A stretch of DNA of 64,000 nucleotides from Antedon mediterranea (GCF_964355755.1 NC_092670.1:17842795-17906794); one strand, 5' to 3'; positions 15,673 to 28,514 are shown, counted from the first letter of the stretch. Notes: generated from the sequence alone by a model not told the origin. Program-made: numbers and translations.

Positions 15673-18600
15673 TCAACGGCAGTTGCAAGATTCAACTATC
15701 ATATCGGCGACGTTTTGTACAACGAACCGGTCCTGATTGTCCGTGTAATATATGATAGTAAGAGGCTTAAAACTGGTTGGGGAACAACACTGGGCGAATG
15801 AAGGATCATGATTTAGGTACAGAGAACTCCCAGGCGGCATCATTGCGCTGATTGGACATTCGCCTTTACAGTAGTTAGCATTAAAGGAGGTCGGAGCTAT
15901 AACCCAGTCCCAACCAAATTTTCGGAAGTCAATTTTCAATTCCTGCATGCAGCACACACTGCTGTTGCCATGACATTTGTGTGTGCGTTTGTTGTGTGAT
16001 CGGCCATGTCGTCTTTTCTTGGTAAATTCCACAGACAACGCTGGACTCTGTGGGCAAGAAAATAAATTGATTGACAACATGGCCATTTTTTAATGAATAA
16101 AAAACAATTTTTATTGTCGCACGGTGCAGTAGCCGATCGATTCTAGGCTCGTCTAATCAGTATAAAAATGTATCTCCAGATCCCAAAAGTCCAAGCAGCC
16201 TGTTGGTGGTGTGGTCGCCGCAGGGAGGAACGTGACAAAGTAAAAGGGTGTGTCTAAGTTCAATTTATATATGAGTGCGTACATTATGCTAATGAGTAAA
16301 GGTAAATGTTGTTTATGCAGTTTTGTCTGGAGAGACTGACGTAAGCGCAACATAAGTGATTTGACCAATCACAAGCGATTATTGAACTGTCGCTTGTTAT
16401 TGGTAAACTATAGTCTACGTTTGCGCTTGCGTTGTGGCCTAGTGGGAACCAAGCTTAAATACGCATTAAAAAACTTTAAGACTGGTTCTACCAGGAGAAA
16501 TAAACAAGCTTCATAGACAGGGACAACAGGAGTGTGGAAAGCCAGTGTTTATCAATCGCCAGTACCTAAGTGATATATTTCCCTTAAAACGCTACATTCA
16601 CATCACACCGCCGACCTATTGAATAAATATTTAAGGATTTCAAATTAAGTGGTAGATATGAAATGTGAACGTGGAATGTGAACTAAAAAAGTTGATTATA
16701 GAATTAGATATATTAACTGGATTCATGAGTTATTCAATCAGCAAAAACAATCTATAGAAATTAAATCAATGCTACTCAACCAAATCATTAAACAGCAATC
16801 GATTTTCTATCGGTAAAGCATTCAGTGTCAAATCCAGGATAATGAAGTGAGGATGTTATTGTTTTACCGAAATGTAGGCCTAAACAAAATTTGACTCCAC
16901 AACCCTCCTGCATTACTAACATTTAATGTTGATTAATATTTTCCATGACACGTACACAACGACCCACAAGTCGTTCGCGGCGGCGCTCAAAGGTTGTTGT
17001 AAACATTTTGTACGCGTGCGCCGTTTCCTTTCACGATCTAGATAACTATTTAAAAAAAAGATGTAATATTATATTTACCCGTCTGTCATTTGGACCAGTA
17101 ATCACTACATTATTGTCTGCTCCGTCGGTAGCTTCTATTTCAATATACTGGTACTTGGTGTCTGTGTCCTTCATCCATTCCATCATCAATGGTTTAGCGT
17201 CAAATTGTTCCCAACTTCCGTCAGTAGTACTTAAAGAAATTGTCTTTTCTTTGTACAATTTCCTTTTTACCGGGGAGGTGGGTGTAGCGGGGATGATCAT
17301 GTACACACGAAGACTGGTCACTGTGCGTTGTACTACGTCCGCTTGGCCTGCGTACATCCACAGATTGGCCGCTGCGATGTCCTGTCCGTCCAAACCAATA
17401 TTAAAGCACACCACATTTGGAGACATCATATCATCTTTAGCTACGTAGAAAAAACGACAACTCTAAAGCTCTGTCTACACTATTAAACTTTATGTGAAAA
17501 AAATGTGATGTGTTCATATATGTACATAATGATTTCATATCACTACCATATTTGGGAATATCACTACCATATTCATATTCATAACACTTTTTTGTCAAAC
17601 CATTTCGATAGTGTAGACGGAGCTAATGATGTTATAGGTTTGCTTATAAGTTCCTTAATTACTCGTTAACGGGTTGCTTTTCGTCATAACACCAAAATAA
17701 AATGTGTTTTCAGCATCTTCGACTACGTTTCGTACAATAACGGATGAAGTTGAAATAAAATTTTACACAATTTAGCCTTTGGCTACAATGTCAATTTTCG
17801 TTTTATTGAATAAAACCTTGAATTGAAAAATCATTGACGAAACATTTTGTTTTGTCCATCCCAGGAGTGCTGGTTTTTGTTGTTTTTTTTTCAAATTGTT
17901 AGGCCTATCGTAGTTTTTGTATCAATGTACACTTTATGTTGCCAAAAACGGTTTTTTTTTCAAATAGCAGAATCATTTTGGTGCAGCTTGAAATTCCATC
18001 AATTTATTATAACCAGATATTTAGTCATAATTCTCAATTTTAGAATAAATGTACGTTCATCTCATAAATGTGGAAGGCAATGGCAGTAGAATAATTAAAA
18101 ACACTCTGATAGACAAGATTAACTTTAAGTAACTTATGTCTATCAATTATGTCTTCAATAATCAATATCGTAGTAATTATAGATTAATGAAATAAAAATT
18201 GTTCGGCGTAACAACGAAACGTGTTTGCAAAAATGTTTTTATCAAGCTTTTATTTTAATTTCATTATGCCGTCGAAAGTTCGGCCAAGGACTTACGAAAG
18301 TTGGAAAAGCTCTCGAAAAAATCCGTAAACAACAGGTAGCTGATGTGAACTACTTTAAAAAAGGATTAATAAATGTATGGATGATGTGATACCGTAAAAA
18401 CTAACGTAATCTAATCTGTTAAACGTAATCTATAACTAATTTCTAAGATTTGCTTTAACACTGTAAATGATTCTATTGATGTCTTCCTCTTTTCTCTATT
18501 GTTAATTCTTTTGAATTAAGAAAGAACAAATAATAAATATTTGAATCATACTTACGTTCCGTTGCCAATATGAGAACTCTTTGAATTGAAGCAGATCTGC

Positions 18601-19171
18601 TGGTATCGTCCATGTCGGTGTATTCGACAGGTTCGTCTGCGAACATTTCTTCGTCTTGAATCTCTGGAATTTGATGAAGGTGCTCTAAGATCGGTGGGTT
18701 GTCTGGTATCGGTCGCTTGGCGATTTTCGGTGGATGTGTCAGTCCGAGTTTATGCAGTAAAGATGACTTGATCAGTTCAATTTGCCATTTAGTTACTCGT
18801 TCATCCTCACAATTTGAACAAGTTAATGTTTCGTTAGCAGTAACTTCGATTTCCTCTTCGTACATTTCGTCGTATAAGGAGCTTTGATCGTCTGTTTCCT
18901 GTTGGTCGTCAGATGAACGATGATCTTCTGTTATGCGTTCATCTTCCGTTGCGCGTTCATCTTCCGGTGCGCGATGATCGTCCGTTTTGCGTTCACCTTC
19001 CATTGTACGTTTCTCTTCCGATGCGCGTTGAACTTCCGGTACACGTTGATCTTCCGATTGGCGTTGATTTCCCGTTGCGCGTACATCTTCCGTTGAAGTA
19101 TTGTACGTGCGTGGAGATGCCAACCGCATCGGAACGAGAGAGACGAGCAAAATAAAAATAAAGATTGACAT
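15673..19171 (-). CDS. myostatin/GDF11-like TGF-beta precursor, gene A (exon 3a isoform, 450 aa)
   Basis: Exons 19171-18556 (phase 1), 17440-17079 (phase 0), 16047-15673. Signal peptide, CxxC, IELIKSSLLHKLGL latency helix, LWMY, basic cleavage region, 9-Cys mature domain with GWDW. The phase 1/phase 0 three-exon layout matches myostatin. Confidence 0.9.
17467..17624. mobile_element. MITE with AGCTCTGTCTACACT TIRs
   Basis: Inverted ends seen; a second copy at ~43666-44085 carries ~260 bp of extra internal sequence; fragment near 40070-40115. Confidence 0.7.
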
Positions 19172-19233
19172 CTTGTTGTTTGGCGTCCTACTATAAACTT
19201 AGAGTGATGTTAAAGCTCATGTGTGTATATATC

Positions 19234-19270
19234 TTATATAACCTATGCAACCATTTATCATCGACCAATC
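19234..19270 (-). promoter_or_regulatory. gene A core promoter: TATA box plus CCAAT box
   Basis: Minus-strand TATATAA ~65 bp upstream of the ATG; CATCGACCAATC (19259-19270) is identical to gene B 23517-23528. Confidence 0.6.
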
Positions 19271-20557
19271 GAAGGAGAGTTTTGTGTTTAACTTTGTGTG
19301 GCTGTAGACATTCAGATACATTATTCATTAAAATATATCTCTAGAAATCTTCATATCTGGATCAGTTGTCAAAGTAACCAACCGTATGTAACGTGTATCA
19401 TAAAATATAGTTCGGTTCATTAGAATTGAATTTGAATGGCTATTGAAATAAGTGTCTCACCCGATAGCAGTCGTTTACCCTTTGCTTGTTGTGACCATTT
19501 CACCTTTCTCGGTCTACTTTTATGGCATAATAACTCGTTTTATATACAAAAACATCGTTTGTATTAACATTTCAAAGTAACATAAATGTTAATGTATGTG
19601 TTGTTGGACCTAATAGATTAGTCTGTATCCACCTATTTACTTGAACTTCCGTAGTTCACGTCATTCAAGTCTCCGTAATGTATATTTTCATTTGACTGTA
19701 AAAAGGACCTTTCTGGTCTGATTTTGTTACTGTTACAAGTCGTACAATCAGGTTTTGAATGCGTGTAACAAATTCTAGCTAATAGGACGCAACGCAAGGA
19801 CGTTGTACTAGTAACGTACGTTATTTGACCATTCACAAGCAAGATTTGTATACATTTTGTTTTAATAGTTTTTCATCATAAATTGGGATGTATTTTTCTA
19901 AGATAAAATTGATTGATTTAATGGTCAAATGACTTGCGTTGCGCATACTTCTTTGCGTCGCATCCGTCGCAATGTGGTGGTGGCGCGCAGTGAACTCAAG
20001 AACCAAGAACATTATACGAAAAATGAATGAAGAACTAAAAAGTGAATGCTTTGCTAGTATTTATTATTGAGACTGTGAACATTTTAATCAACTCTCTATT
20101 ATATTAACTAAGCTACTATTTTATTTTACTGAGGTATTAAAAATACCATAGTCAAAATTCTTAATATACTGGTTACAGTTTGTTTTTTTAATCAGGTAGG
20201 TTGTGAATGTATTCCGGCAAACAATAACGCTTGGTTTTCACCTTGAACGTAATGCAATAACGCAAGCGTACCGCACGCAATTTGAACAATCACAACGTGA
20301 TGGATTATCCGAGTCGCTTGTGATTGGTCAAACTATCCTGCATTGCATCTACGTCGTTCAAGAAAGAATCAAGCTTTGTCGTTTATACCTAAAATGGTGT
20401 ACATCGTCGAATCAGATCGATCCTGATCCATCGTAAGATGATTTTGATTTAAATGCGAATTTTGTATACCTTAAAATTCCAACATTGGTTTTACAATGAA
20501 AACTAAAACAAGACTATGTGAACAGCATCTATGGCAAAGCGTTTATGATCACGTATG

Positions 20558-20932
20558 TTAGACACAGCTGCAGTTATTAACAATCAGTCGTGGAATCGTA
20601 GCAGAAAGAATTTCCGCATTTTCCGTAAAAAAAAGTAATTTAAGATCACTAAATTTGCGCGCCGAACAGCAAGGAATGGGACTGTTGTTCAAAATCAATA
20701 ATTGCGTGTGTCGGTTAAAACGTGAAAAGCTGACAGAACAATCGCCACTACAATAGTGAGATTTAAAGGAGCGAGGTGCTAATACCCAATCCCAGCCGAT
20801 TTCTGCAAAGTCGATAACGATTGGATGACGACAACATGGCTTCCTTCCAGGCCCTTCTGGACACACACGTTTTGACGGTGACCGTGTCATGTGTGATTTT
20901 CGACTTGTAAGTTCAATATCTAGAAGTGGTCT
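20558..20932 (-). CDS. TGF-beta gene B, alternative terminal exon 3b (second mature ligand)
   Basis: Acceptor ATTTATAG|AGA in phase 0. Encodes RPLLDIELTSRKSHMTRSPSKR then a complete 9-Cys domain ending CSCV-stop; 378-aa precursor. Confidence 0.8.
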   Translation of the reverse strand, partial: RPLLDIELTSRKSHMTRSPSKRVCPEGPGRKPCCRHPIVIDFAEIGWDWVLAPRSFKSHYCSGDCSVSFSRFNRHTQLLILNNSPIPCCSARKFSDLKLLFFTENAEILSATIPRLIVNNCSCV

Positions 20933-21320
20933 CTATAAATATATAAAAACAATAATTCTGAAAATAGTAATGTATCTTATTATTTTGCGATATAAACGTA
21001 ACTATCTGTTGCCAACTTAATTGATACAAAGAAGAAACAAGAATCTGACGCGCGCGTACATAAAGTCAACCATTATTTATTTGAATGTTGTGTGTAACTA
21101 ACGATAACATGGACAGGTTATTAGTAGGCTTATTATGTCCCTTGATCTTAGCATTCTCGTCCTGCCCTCCCCCCCCCGTGCCATTTCTTCCCCTTTGAGC
21201 TAAATGATGGAATATAAAAAGTATTTTTATTTATTGTAGACACGTACAACATACTCGTTTTATTATTTTTATAAAGCCTAATTATTAAAGTTCACTACAA
21301 CTAGTTACATAATCAGAACA

Positions 21321-23431
21321 TCAATTACAGAGACACGATTCCACAATCATATCTGGAACCTCATCGACTACAAATCGGAAATTTTTATCCGAATAGATCA
21401 TAGTCAATGGCTTTAATTTAGTTGGTGAACAGCACCGATTAACAGCCGACTCTTTACTTAAAAACCATGACAACTCTGAAACTGACGACGTCATCACCGG
21501 GCTGATCGGACATTCGCCTTTACAGTAGTTAGCGTTAAAAGAGGTCGGAGCTATAACCCAGTCCCAACCGAATTTTTTGAAGTCAATTTTCAGTTCTTGC
21601 ATGCAGCACACACTGCTGTTGCCATGACATTTGAGCGTGCGTTTGTTGTGTGATCGGCCATGTCGACGTTGGTTGTTAAATTCCACAGACAACACGGGAC
21701 TCTGTGGGCAAGAAAACAAACAACATGGCCTTAATTTTTGCTAATCTAAATTTTTACTGAATATAGACACTTCAAAATTACACGACGCGTTGTGCGCCAA
21801 ACTCATGCTGTGACGTCGTCGCCAAAAATAAGACGAATTATAAAATACGCCTTGAAAACGCAATGAAGCTGTAAATATGCGCATGCACATTTTACGCTTG
21901 GTTTGCGCCTACAATAATAAAACATTTCGCAGGGAGGTGGAATAAGTGTTCCTAAGTTGTCATGGTTGGTTGAATATTACGTGTAAAGCCGTACAACACC
22001 AGGCCTATTTATTGAGTAGAATCTATTTGCTAATATTAAACATTGTATCAATAATAGAATAGTCTGGACAGAGAGTAGACACAAACTTTGACGTAACGCG
22101 TGCATTAAATTCTGATGAAAATGATACGGATTTTAGTACGCGCGCGTTAAAATAGTGATGAAAATGATACGCGCGTCAATGTTGTGTATTCTCATTGCGT
22201 CACTGACGATTATATATTACACTCACCCGCCTATCATTAACTGCAGTGACGATCACATCATTGCCTGAACTATCCTCAGCTTCTATTTCGATGTACTGAT
22301 AGCCGGCGCCTCTATCCTTTATCCATTCTTTCACTAAATGTTTAACGTCAAGTTTTTGCCATTCCCCATCCGTAGTACTCAGTGAGATCGTCTTTTCTAT
22401 GTACAATTTCTTTTTTTGTGGGGAGGTGGGTGTAGCGGGAATGATGTTATAAACGCTGAGACGCGTGACTGTGCGTTGGACGACCTCCGCTTCGTGCACG
22501 TAAACCCATAGATGAGCTGAAGCGATATCTTTGCCTTGTAAATCAACGTTGAAGCAAACCACGTCTGATGAGTTGATTTCTATGGGAGCTATGTGATAAG
22601 ATATAATAATGCCTATGTTATTTTTTTTACATTTTAATACAAGACTATGAAAACGATTACCAAGCAACAGAGTATTTAACAACGTCAACGACGTTGTGAT
22701 ACCTTTGATCCACAAATACCCTATTTCACAATTTGGCGTAGTCGCAGAACCTATCACAACGCCAATTTGGCTGTTACTAATTCTGAGAGAAGACGATTGT
22801 AAAATTGCCGGCAGCTCTGTTATTTTGGTCGTCGCTTAACTACTAAACAAACAGGTTTGAAAAAAAAAATTAAAAAATATATCTATAATACATGATGTGT
22901 GTGGATGGCAGCGTGAATAGGCATACTTTGACGCGCGCGTTCAAATGCTGATAATAATGAATACGCGCGCGTCTACTTTGCGTCTTTCATATGTCACTGC
23001 AGACTATATAATAACTGAAACTGATACTTACGCTCTGTTGCCATGATTAATATACGTTGTATTGATGCTGGTGCGTAAGAGTCGCTTGTATCTGGATCGT
23101 CTGCAAACATCCTTTCCTCTTGAATGTCTTGGAACTGCTGAAGGTGTTGTAACATTGGCGGATTCGTTGGAAGTGGTTTTGTAGTGAAGGTTGGTGGTTC
23201 AGTCATTCCAAGTTTTCTTAATATCGAAGCTTTAATCATTTCGATTTGTAAGTCTTTCCTTCGATCTATGTCACAATCGTCACAAGCAGTCGTGGCTGGT
23301 GTCGTTGCATTTTCATAATCAACTTCTGTAATAAGTTTTTCTTCGTCAGAACTCTCGTGTGTGTGATGCGGACATGCCATAAGCAAGGGAACGTTGATAA
23401 CAACCAGTAGAAACATACATGATGGCAGCAT
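21321..23431 (-). CDS. myostatin/GDF11-like TGF-beta precursor, gene B (exon 3a isoform, 380 aa)
   Basis: Exons 23431-23032 (phase 1), 22588-22227 (phase 0, 362 nt as in gene A), 21701-21321. Signal peptide, CDDC, IEMIKASILRKLGM, LWVY, RRHGRSHNKR, 9-Cys mature domain. Confidence 0.9.
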
Positions 23432-23496
23432 TGTATTGTATAGCAGCGGCGTCGACTTCGACCTTGACTGTATGCAGTATACCCCTTGCTGTCTAT

Positions 23497-23528
23497 TTTA
23501 TAACCCTTGTCGCACCCATCGACCAATC
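23497..23528 (-). promoter_or_regulatory. gene B core promoter: TATA box plus CCAAT box
   Basis: Minus-strand TATAAAA ~65 bp upstream of the ATG; shares the 12-mer CATCGACCAATC with gene A. Confidence 0.6.
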
Positions 23529-24739
23529 ACGAGTTTAAATCAAATCAATTAACAGTCGGTGATTCTGGGTAGAAGTAAACTTTGTAAGTAGCTCATTGCA
23601 ATGTAATTAATAACGTTTTGTAATTTAAATGATTGTTTACCTTTTCACCTTTACATGTTTCAAACATTAAGCAGCAATAGGTATGCATTTTTTCTACCAA
23701 CATGGTGGTCTTGAAAACAGCACGGGAATCGAACTAAAGAACGAGCCCGCTCACTTGATTCCGACTACGAATATGAATAACACCCTGTTCTTATAAAATG
23801 TACTTAATTAACCCATTTCTTCCAAGTATCTCCAACAACCAACATTCATCTTATTACTGTTTCCTCTCCACTACCATTAATGTCACTCACTTTCGTTTAT
23901 GGGTTGTCAAATAAAATAAACGTTTACTTCTTTTGTTTCCTTTTTCTTTCAAATAGTCTGGAAAATAATAAAATGTATAATTATAATTATATTGATTATT
24001 TTAACCATATCAAAGTAGACCTAACAAAAGACAAAACAGTAGATTACAATTGTTACCGAATGCAATACTGATTTGTAACACGGATTTGTCCGAATTGGAC
24101 CTCCAGTGATTCCCCTAGTCTTCTTTCTGTTCCACTCGCCCTGTTTGTTTGTTTTTTTTGCTTGGATTCCCACGCAACGCTGGACGCCAGACGCGACATC
24201 ATAACTGTCGCTTGTGATTGGTCAACTCACCTGCATTTGCACCGATGTCGTTGAGTTGCGTCAAAGTGGGAACCAAGCTTTAACTTTAGATACACTCGTG
24301 ATACATTAATTTATTTGAAAAGATATTACGTCTAACCTCTATGATAGAAGGATCACACGCACATTGATAGGCCTACATGTCAACTTAAATAAACCTTATG
24401 TTCTGCTACATATACAGTTAGTGTTTATTAAATTCAACTAGATAAAGTTGAAATAATATTTATCGAAATAAACTATGAACTAGAAAACCATTTGGATATG
24501 ATTGTTGGTGGTAGATCAACAATGTTTAATATATTTTTTTAGTCGCGTGCTCTCATCTCACTGTGTCGGTCGGTCTGTCGGAGGGTAAACAATAACTCAA
24601 TGTAATATATTAGGCCTACTGTACTTGTTACTCATTATTGAGTAGGCAGTCCTTGACTGGTTCAGTTGACATAATATGCATTGCCTTTGTTGAGTGAGAG
24701 AAAGCCTATATAATGATATACTGTATATAAACACATTAG

Positions 24740-24995
24740 GTATAGAACATTGATTCTAAACCGCCCGGTGATATACTGAAATTCAATGAATTAATTTGAA
24801 ACGATAAGATGAGGAAATATGTGAGAATGAGAAAAAGTCCCCCAAACTACTGAGATTTGAACCCGGACCTTCTGCTTGATATGCATATGTCCTAACCATT
24901 AGACCACTGAGGCTTTCATGGTATTGTTCAAACTCGATTGGATAGCTACTCTTTAACATTCTCAGCGTGGTACGGCGGAACAGCACTAGTCCCTC
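24740..24995 (-). mobile_element. ~250 bp repeat with internal tRNA-like segment (degenerate copy)
   Basis: Aligns with 62995-63246 and 63265-63508; tRNA-like part ~24839-24913. Confidence 0.8.
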
Positions 24996-26747
24996 AATAT
25001 ATATATTTATTTTTTCATTTTTATCTTTTAGTAATATTAATAATGAGTTAGCCTGTAAGCCAAGGTGAACCCATTATCAGGTGCTCTACTTTCGGACCAG
25101 GGGGATCTATCGATTTTCACTATAATAACAAGTAATTCTTTATCAATCCTCAACACCATTTTGGCTGGAAAATTGTTCATTCTATTATAGGGCCTTCTTT
25201 AAAAATGTTGGGAAATATTACCCAGAAACATTTCGTATGAGAATATTAAAAATGACGTCAGTCAGTGATAAGCTTTGATGACGGGCTGAATTTAACACAC
25301 GCGGAATAATATAATCACTTATCATCACTGACAAAAATCAATTAATTTGACATAATAACATCAAATACACATAACATCGGACCCGGTCGTACAGAGGTTG
25401 GATACCCGTCATGAAAGGTCACAGAAAAAACATGAATAATTAATTATATATATATACATAATATGTGACGTATACTAGTATGTTTTACGGATTACGAAGC
25501 TGTTATTGTGTAAAACGAAAAAGTGGTATGTTATGTATTTGTTGAAAAAACCATGTACTTGTATTTGTTGAAAAAAGACCTTGTTTGGGCCAAATAATAA
25601 CCATCGGTTGCCAAAGTTTTGTGTGCGAATGTTCCTTTATATCAAGCCGACGATAATCGAATAGTTAATTTGTTACTGTAGACGGCAGAAAGTTGGCCAA
25701 GAGTGGTCCGAGTTTTCGGCAGCTCATCTTGGCCATGTCTTATCGTTGCACTCATAATGAACTGTACTGTCCCACCTCTCTCTCATAACCTCATTGAACA
25801 TTAACAATATTTTTTATTCAATAGTTTGTATGAAGTAAATGCAAACAGCATACGCACTAGTATAGCTAAATATTGAAAAAAATATTGAATGCATGGATTA
25901 TTAATTTACCACAACAAATTTTTTTTAACAGTTTGCGAAGTTGTAACTTATTACAATAAAAATCACACGTTTTTATTGCGCTTACAAACTTGATCAACGG
26001 CCTCCGTTTTATTTTAAAACGAATCGAAATTTAGAGATCGTTTTAAAAGAGATAATAAAATGGTTAAATAAGAAACTTTGATTTATTTTGAAGTATAATT
26101 AATCCAAAAAAAGATCTGGGATTTTTCTCTTACTAACCTAATAATGTCAAAATCTTTACACAACACACATTTTTTTCCCTATGTAAACCATGAATACAAA
26201 TCATGTGAACTCTATTTATCGTTATATTACATCACACACCCTTTTCATCTTTAAGTAATCTGGGTTTTTTTTTAACATTCAATACAAATCAAATAGATAT
26301 ATTTATATTTCGTAATACCAAACACATTTTATCGCCACAACGTCACGATCTTTTGATGGAAATCAAATCAAAGTATTTTAGATTTATTATATTTTCTGTA
26401 CATATAACGCACCTTTATAACCACTTAAAATGATCTTCATGAACGTTCAAGGTGTATCAGTAACATATCACACACCTGTTCATCCATTATATTTGAGAAT
26501 TTGTAGGATCCAGGGGTAGCGATGATCCCCAATGAAAATATGAACTTTCTCATATATTTCATTTTTTTACAGAACATTAATAACTATGTGTAACAGAATG
26601 ATTTAACTTAGTTTAGGCCTACTGTAAACTAGCAGTCATTTGGTTCACCAGCAGAATCGCAGGACTACAACAGATACTGTGTTGATTCGCCAAGTTTCAC
26701 ACATTTCGGCAAACTACACTTTCCCAACTTCTGCAAACTTACTGCAA

Positions 26748-27362
26748 AGTTAAAAAAATGTGGGCAAACATCTGGCCCAACTTCTGCATTAAATATTTAC
26801 ACTAGCAAATTACCGATTTCTACAAGTTTGCTAGTGTAGACTGATCTACCAGTTAGAAAAATGTGGGCAAACTTCTGGCCCAACTTCTGCATTAAATATT
26901 TACACTAGCAAATTACCGATTTCTACAAGTTTGCTAGTGTAGACTGATCTACAAGTTAGAAAAATGTGGGCAAACCTCTGGCCCAACTTCTGCATTAAAT
27001 ATTTACACTAGCAAATTACCGATTTCTACAAGTTTGCTAAGTGTAGACTGATCTACAAGTTAGAAAAATGTGGGCAAACTTCTGGCCCAACTTCTGCATT
27101 AAATATTTACACTAGCAAATTACCGATTTCTACAAGTTTGCTAGTGTAGACTGATCTACCAGTTAGAAAAATGTGGGCAAACTTCTGGCCCAACTTCTGC
27201 ATTAAATATTTACACTAGCAAATTACCGATTTCTACAAGTTTGCTAGTGTAGACTGATCTACAAGTTAGAAAAATGTGGACAAAGTTCTGGCCAACTTCT
27301 TTCTGCATTAAGTCTTTACACTAGCAAATTACTGATTTCCACAAGTTTGCTAGGTGTAGACT
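26748..27362. repeat. 103-bp tandem repeat, 6 copies
   Basis: Unit starts at 26748, 26851, 26954, 27058, 27161, 27264; each unit has a TACACTAGCAAA / TTTGCTAGTGTA stem. Confidence 0.95.
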
Positions 27363-28514
27363 TATGAAAACTTGTTTTCTGCAGTTTCCGAAGTAGCAAG
27401 CTTTGGAAAACATTTTCTGACAAACTCTGAATTTGCTCTCGAGTTTGCAAACTTTTTTTTTTTTTGCAGTTTTCCAACTGTTCTACAATAGAAAACTTTA
27501 GAAACCGGAGTTTGTAAAAAATGTTTGGTGTAAAAAAGTGTGTTAATTTATGTCTAGTCTACACTTTTGTTTGTATACCCAAGTAAACTCGAATTTGTAA
27601 AGAAAAGTTTTCCAGTTTTCCTAGACCAGTTAATAAACTTTAGCAATTTTTAGCGAACTTTAGTTTTCAAAGTTTAGTGTTCAAGTGTAGCAAGGTAGAC
27701 TAGGCTAAGAAACGTGTGTTTATAATCAATTATTTGGCCACTGTCATCAATAAGGTGTAACATTTGTTGAATCAAATTTTAATTTATCATCTTTGAAAAA
27801 ATATTTATTTACCGATTAGCGATACGTAACCTTTCAAGGGTTTTTTAAAATAATGTCATACACACTGCCAATTTTCTTCCACACCTGTTTTTCCAAGTAG
27901 GTACTTATCGTAATGATTTGCACCTGGTATACAAGGTAAATTTTATTATTGAAAACACATTTACTTTATACAATTTATTTATTTTTTGTACTACTAATAA
28001 AAAAACAACTTTCTTCTAATTATTTTTTATTTGTTTATACAGATACAGAGATACAGATACAGATAACTTTATATAAAGCAAATTCATACTAAAAATATAT
28101 AATTTTTTTTATTGAATTATATTATTATTTTATTATTTCAAAGCACACAGACGAAAGTATAAAAAATCTAAAAATCAAGTAGAATGAAATACTGCACCCG
28201 TATTTGTTTAGCATTTTTTTAAAATTCTATAAATACTTTTTTTCATTTATAAAATATATAAAACAAATATGATTATTATATCATTTTACTTTTTAAAAAC
28301 GTATATCTACAACATGGACTTGCTCATTTAAAAATTTAATAAAAATAATTAATTTTATTTATTTAGTTCATTTAGCATGGTTGCCACTTGGACACAACAA
28401 CAAAACAACGCGGGCACAACACAACTGAGTTAACCAATTGCAAGAGGGGACAGATCAATGATTAATGATTGGTTGCATCCTTGCGATGCGCCCTAGCAGG
28501 AACCAAGCTTTAGT

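Noticed and set aside
15255-16047. Single protein with two tandem TGF-beta domains (3a fused to 3b)
   Set aside because: 3a ends in a stop in both genes, the frames differ in gene A, and the GT sites nearest the 3a stops are phase 1 while 3b needs phase 0.
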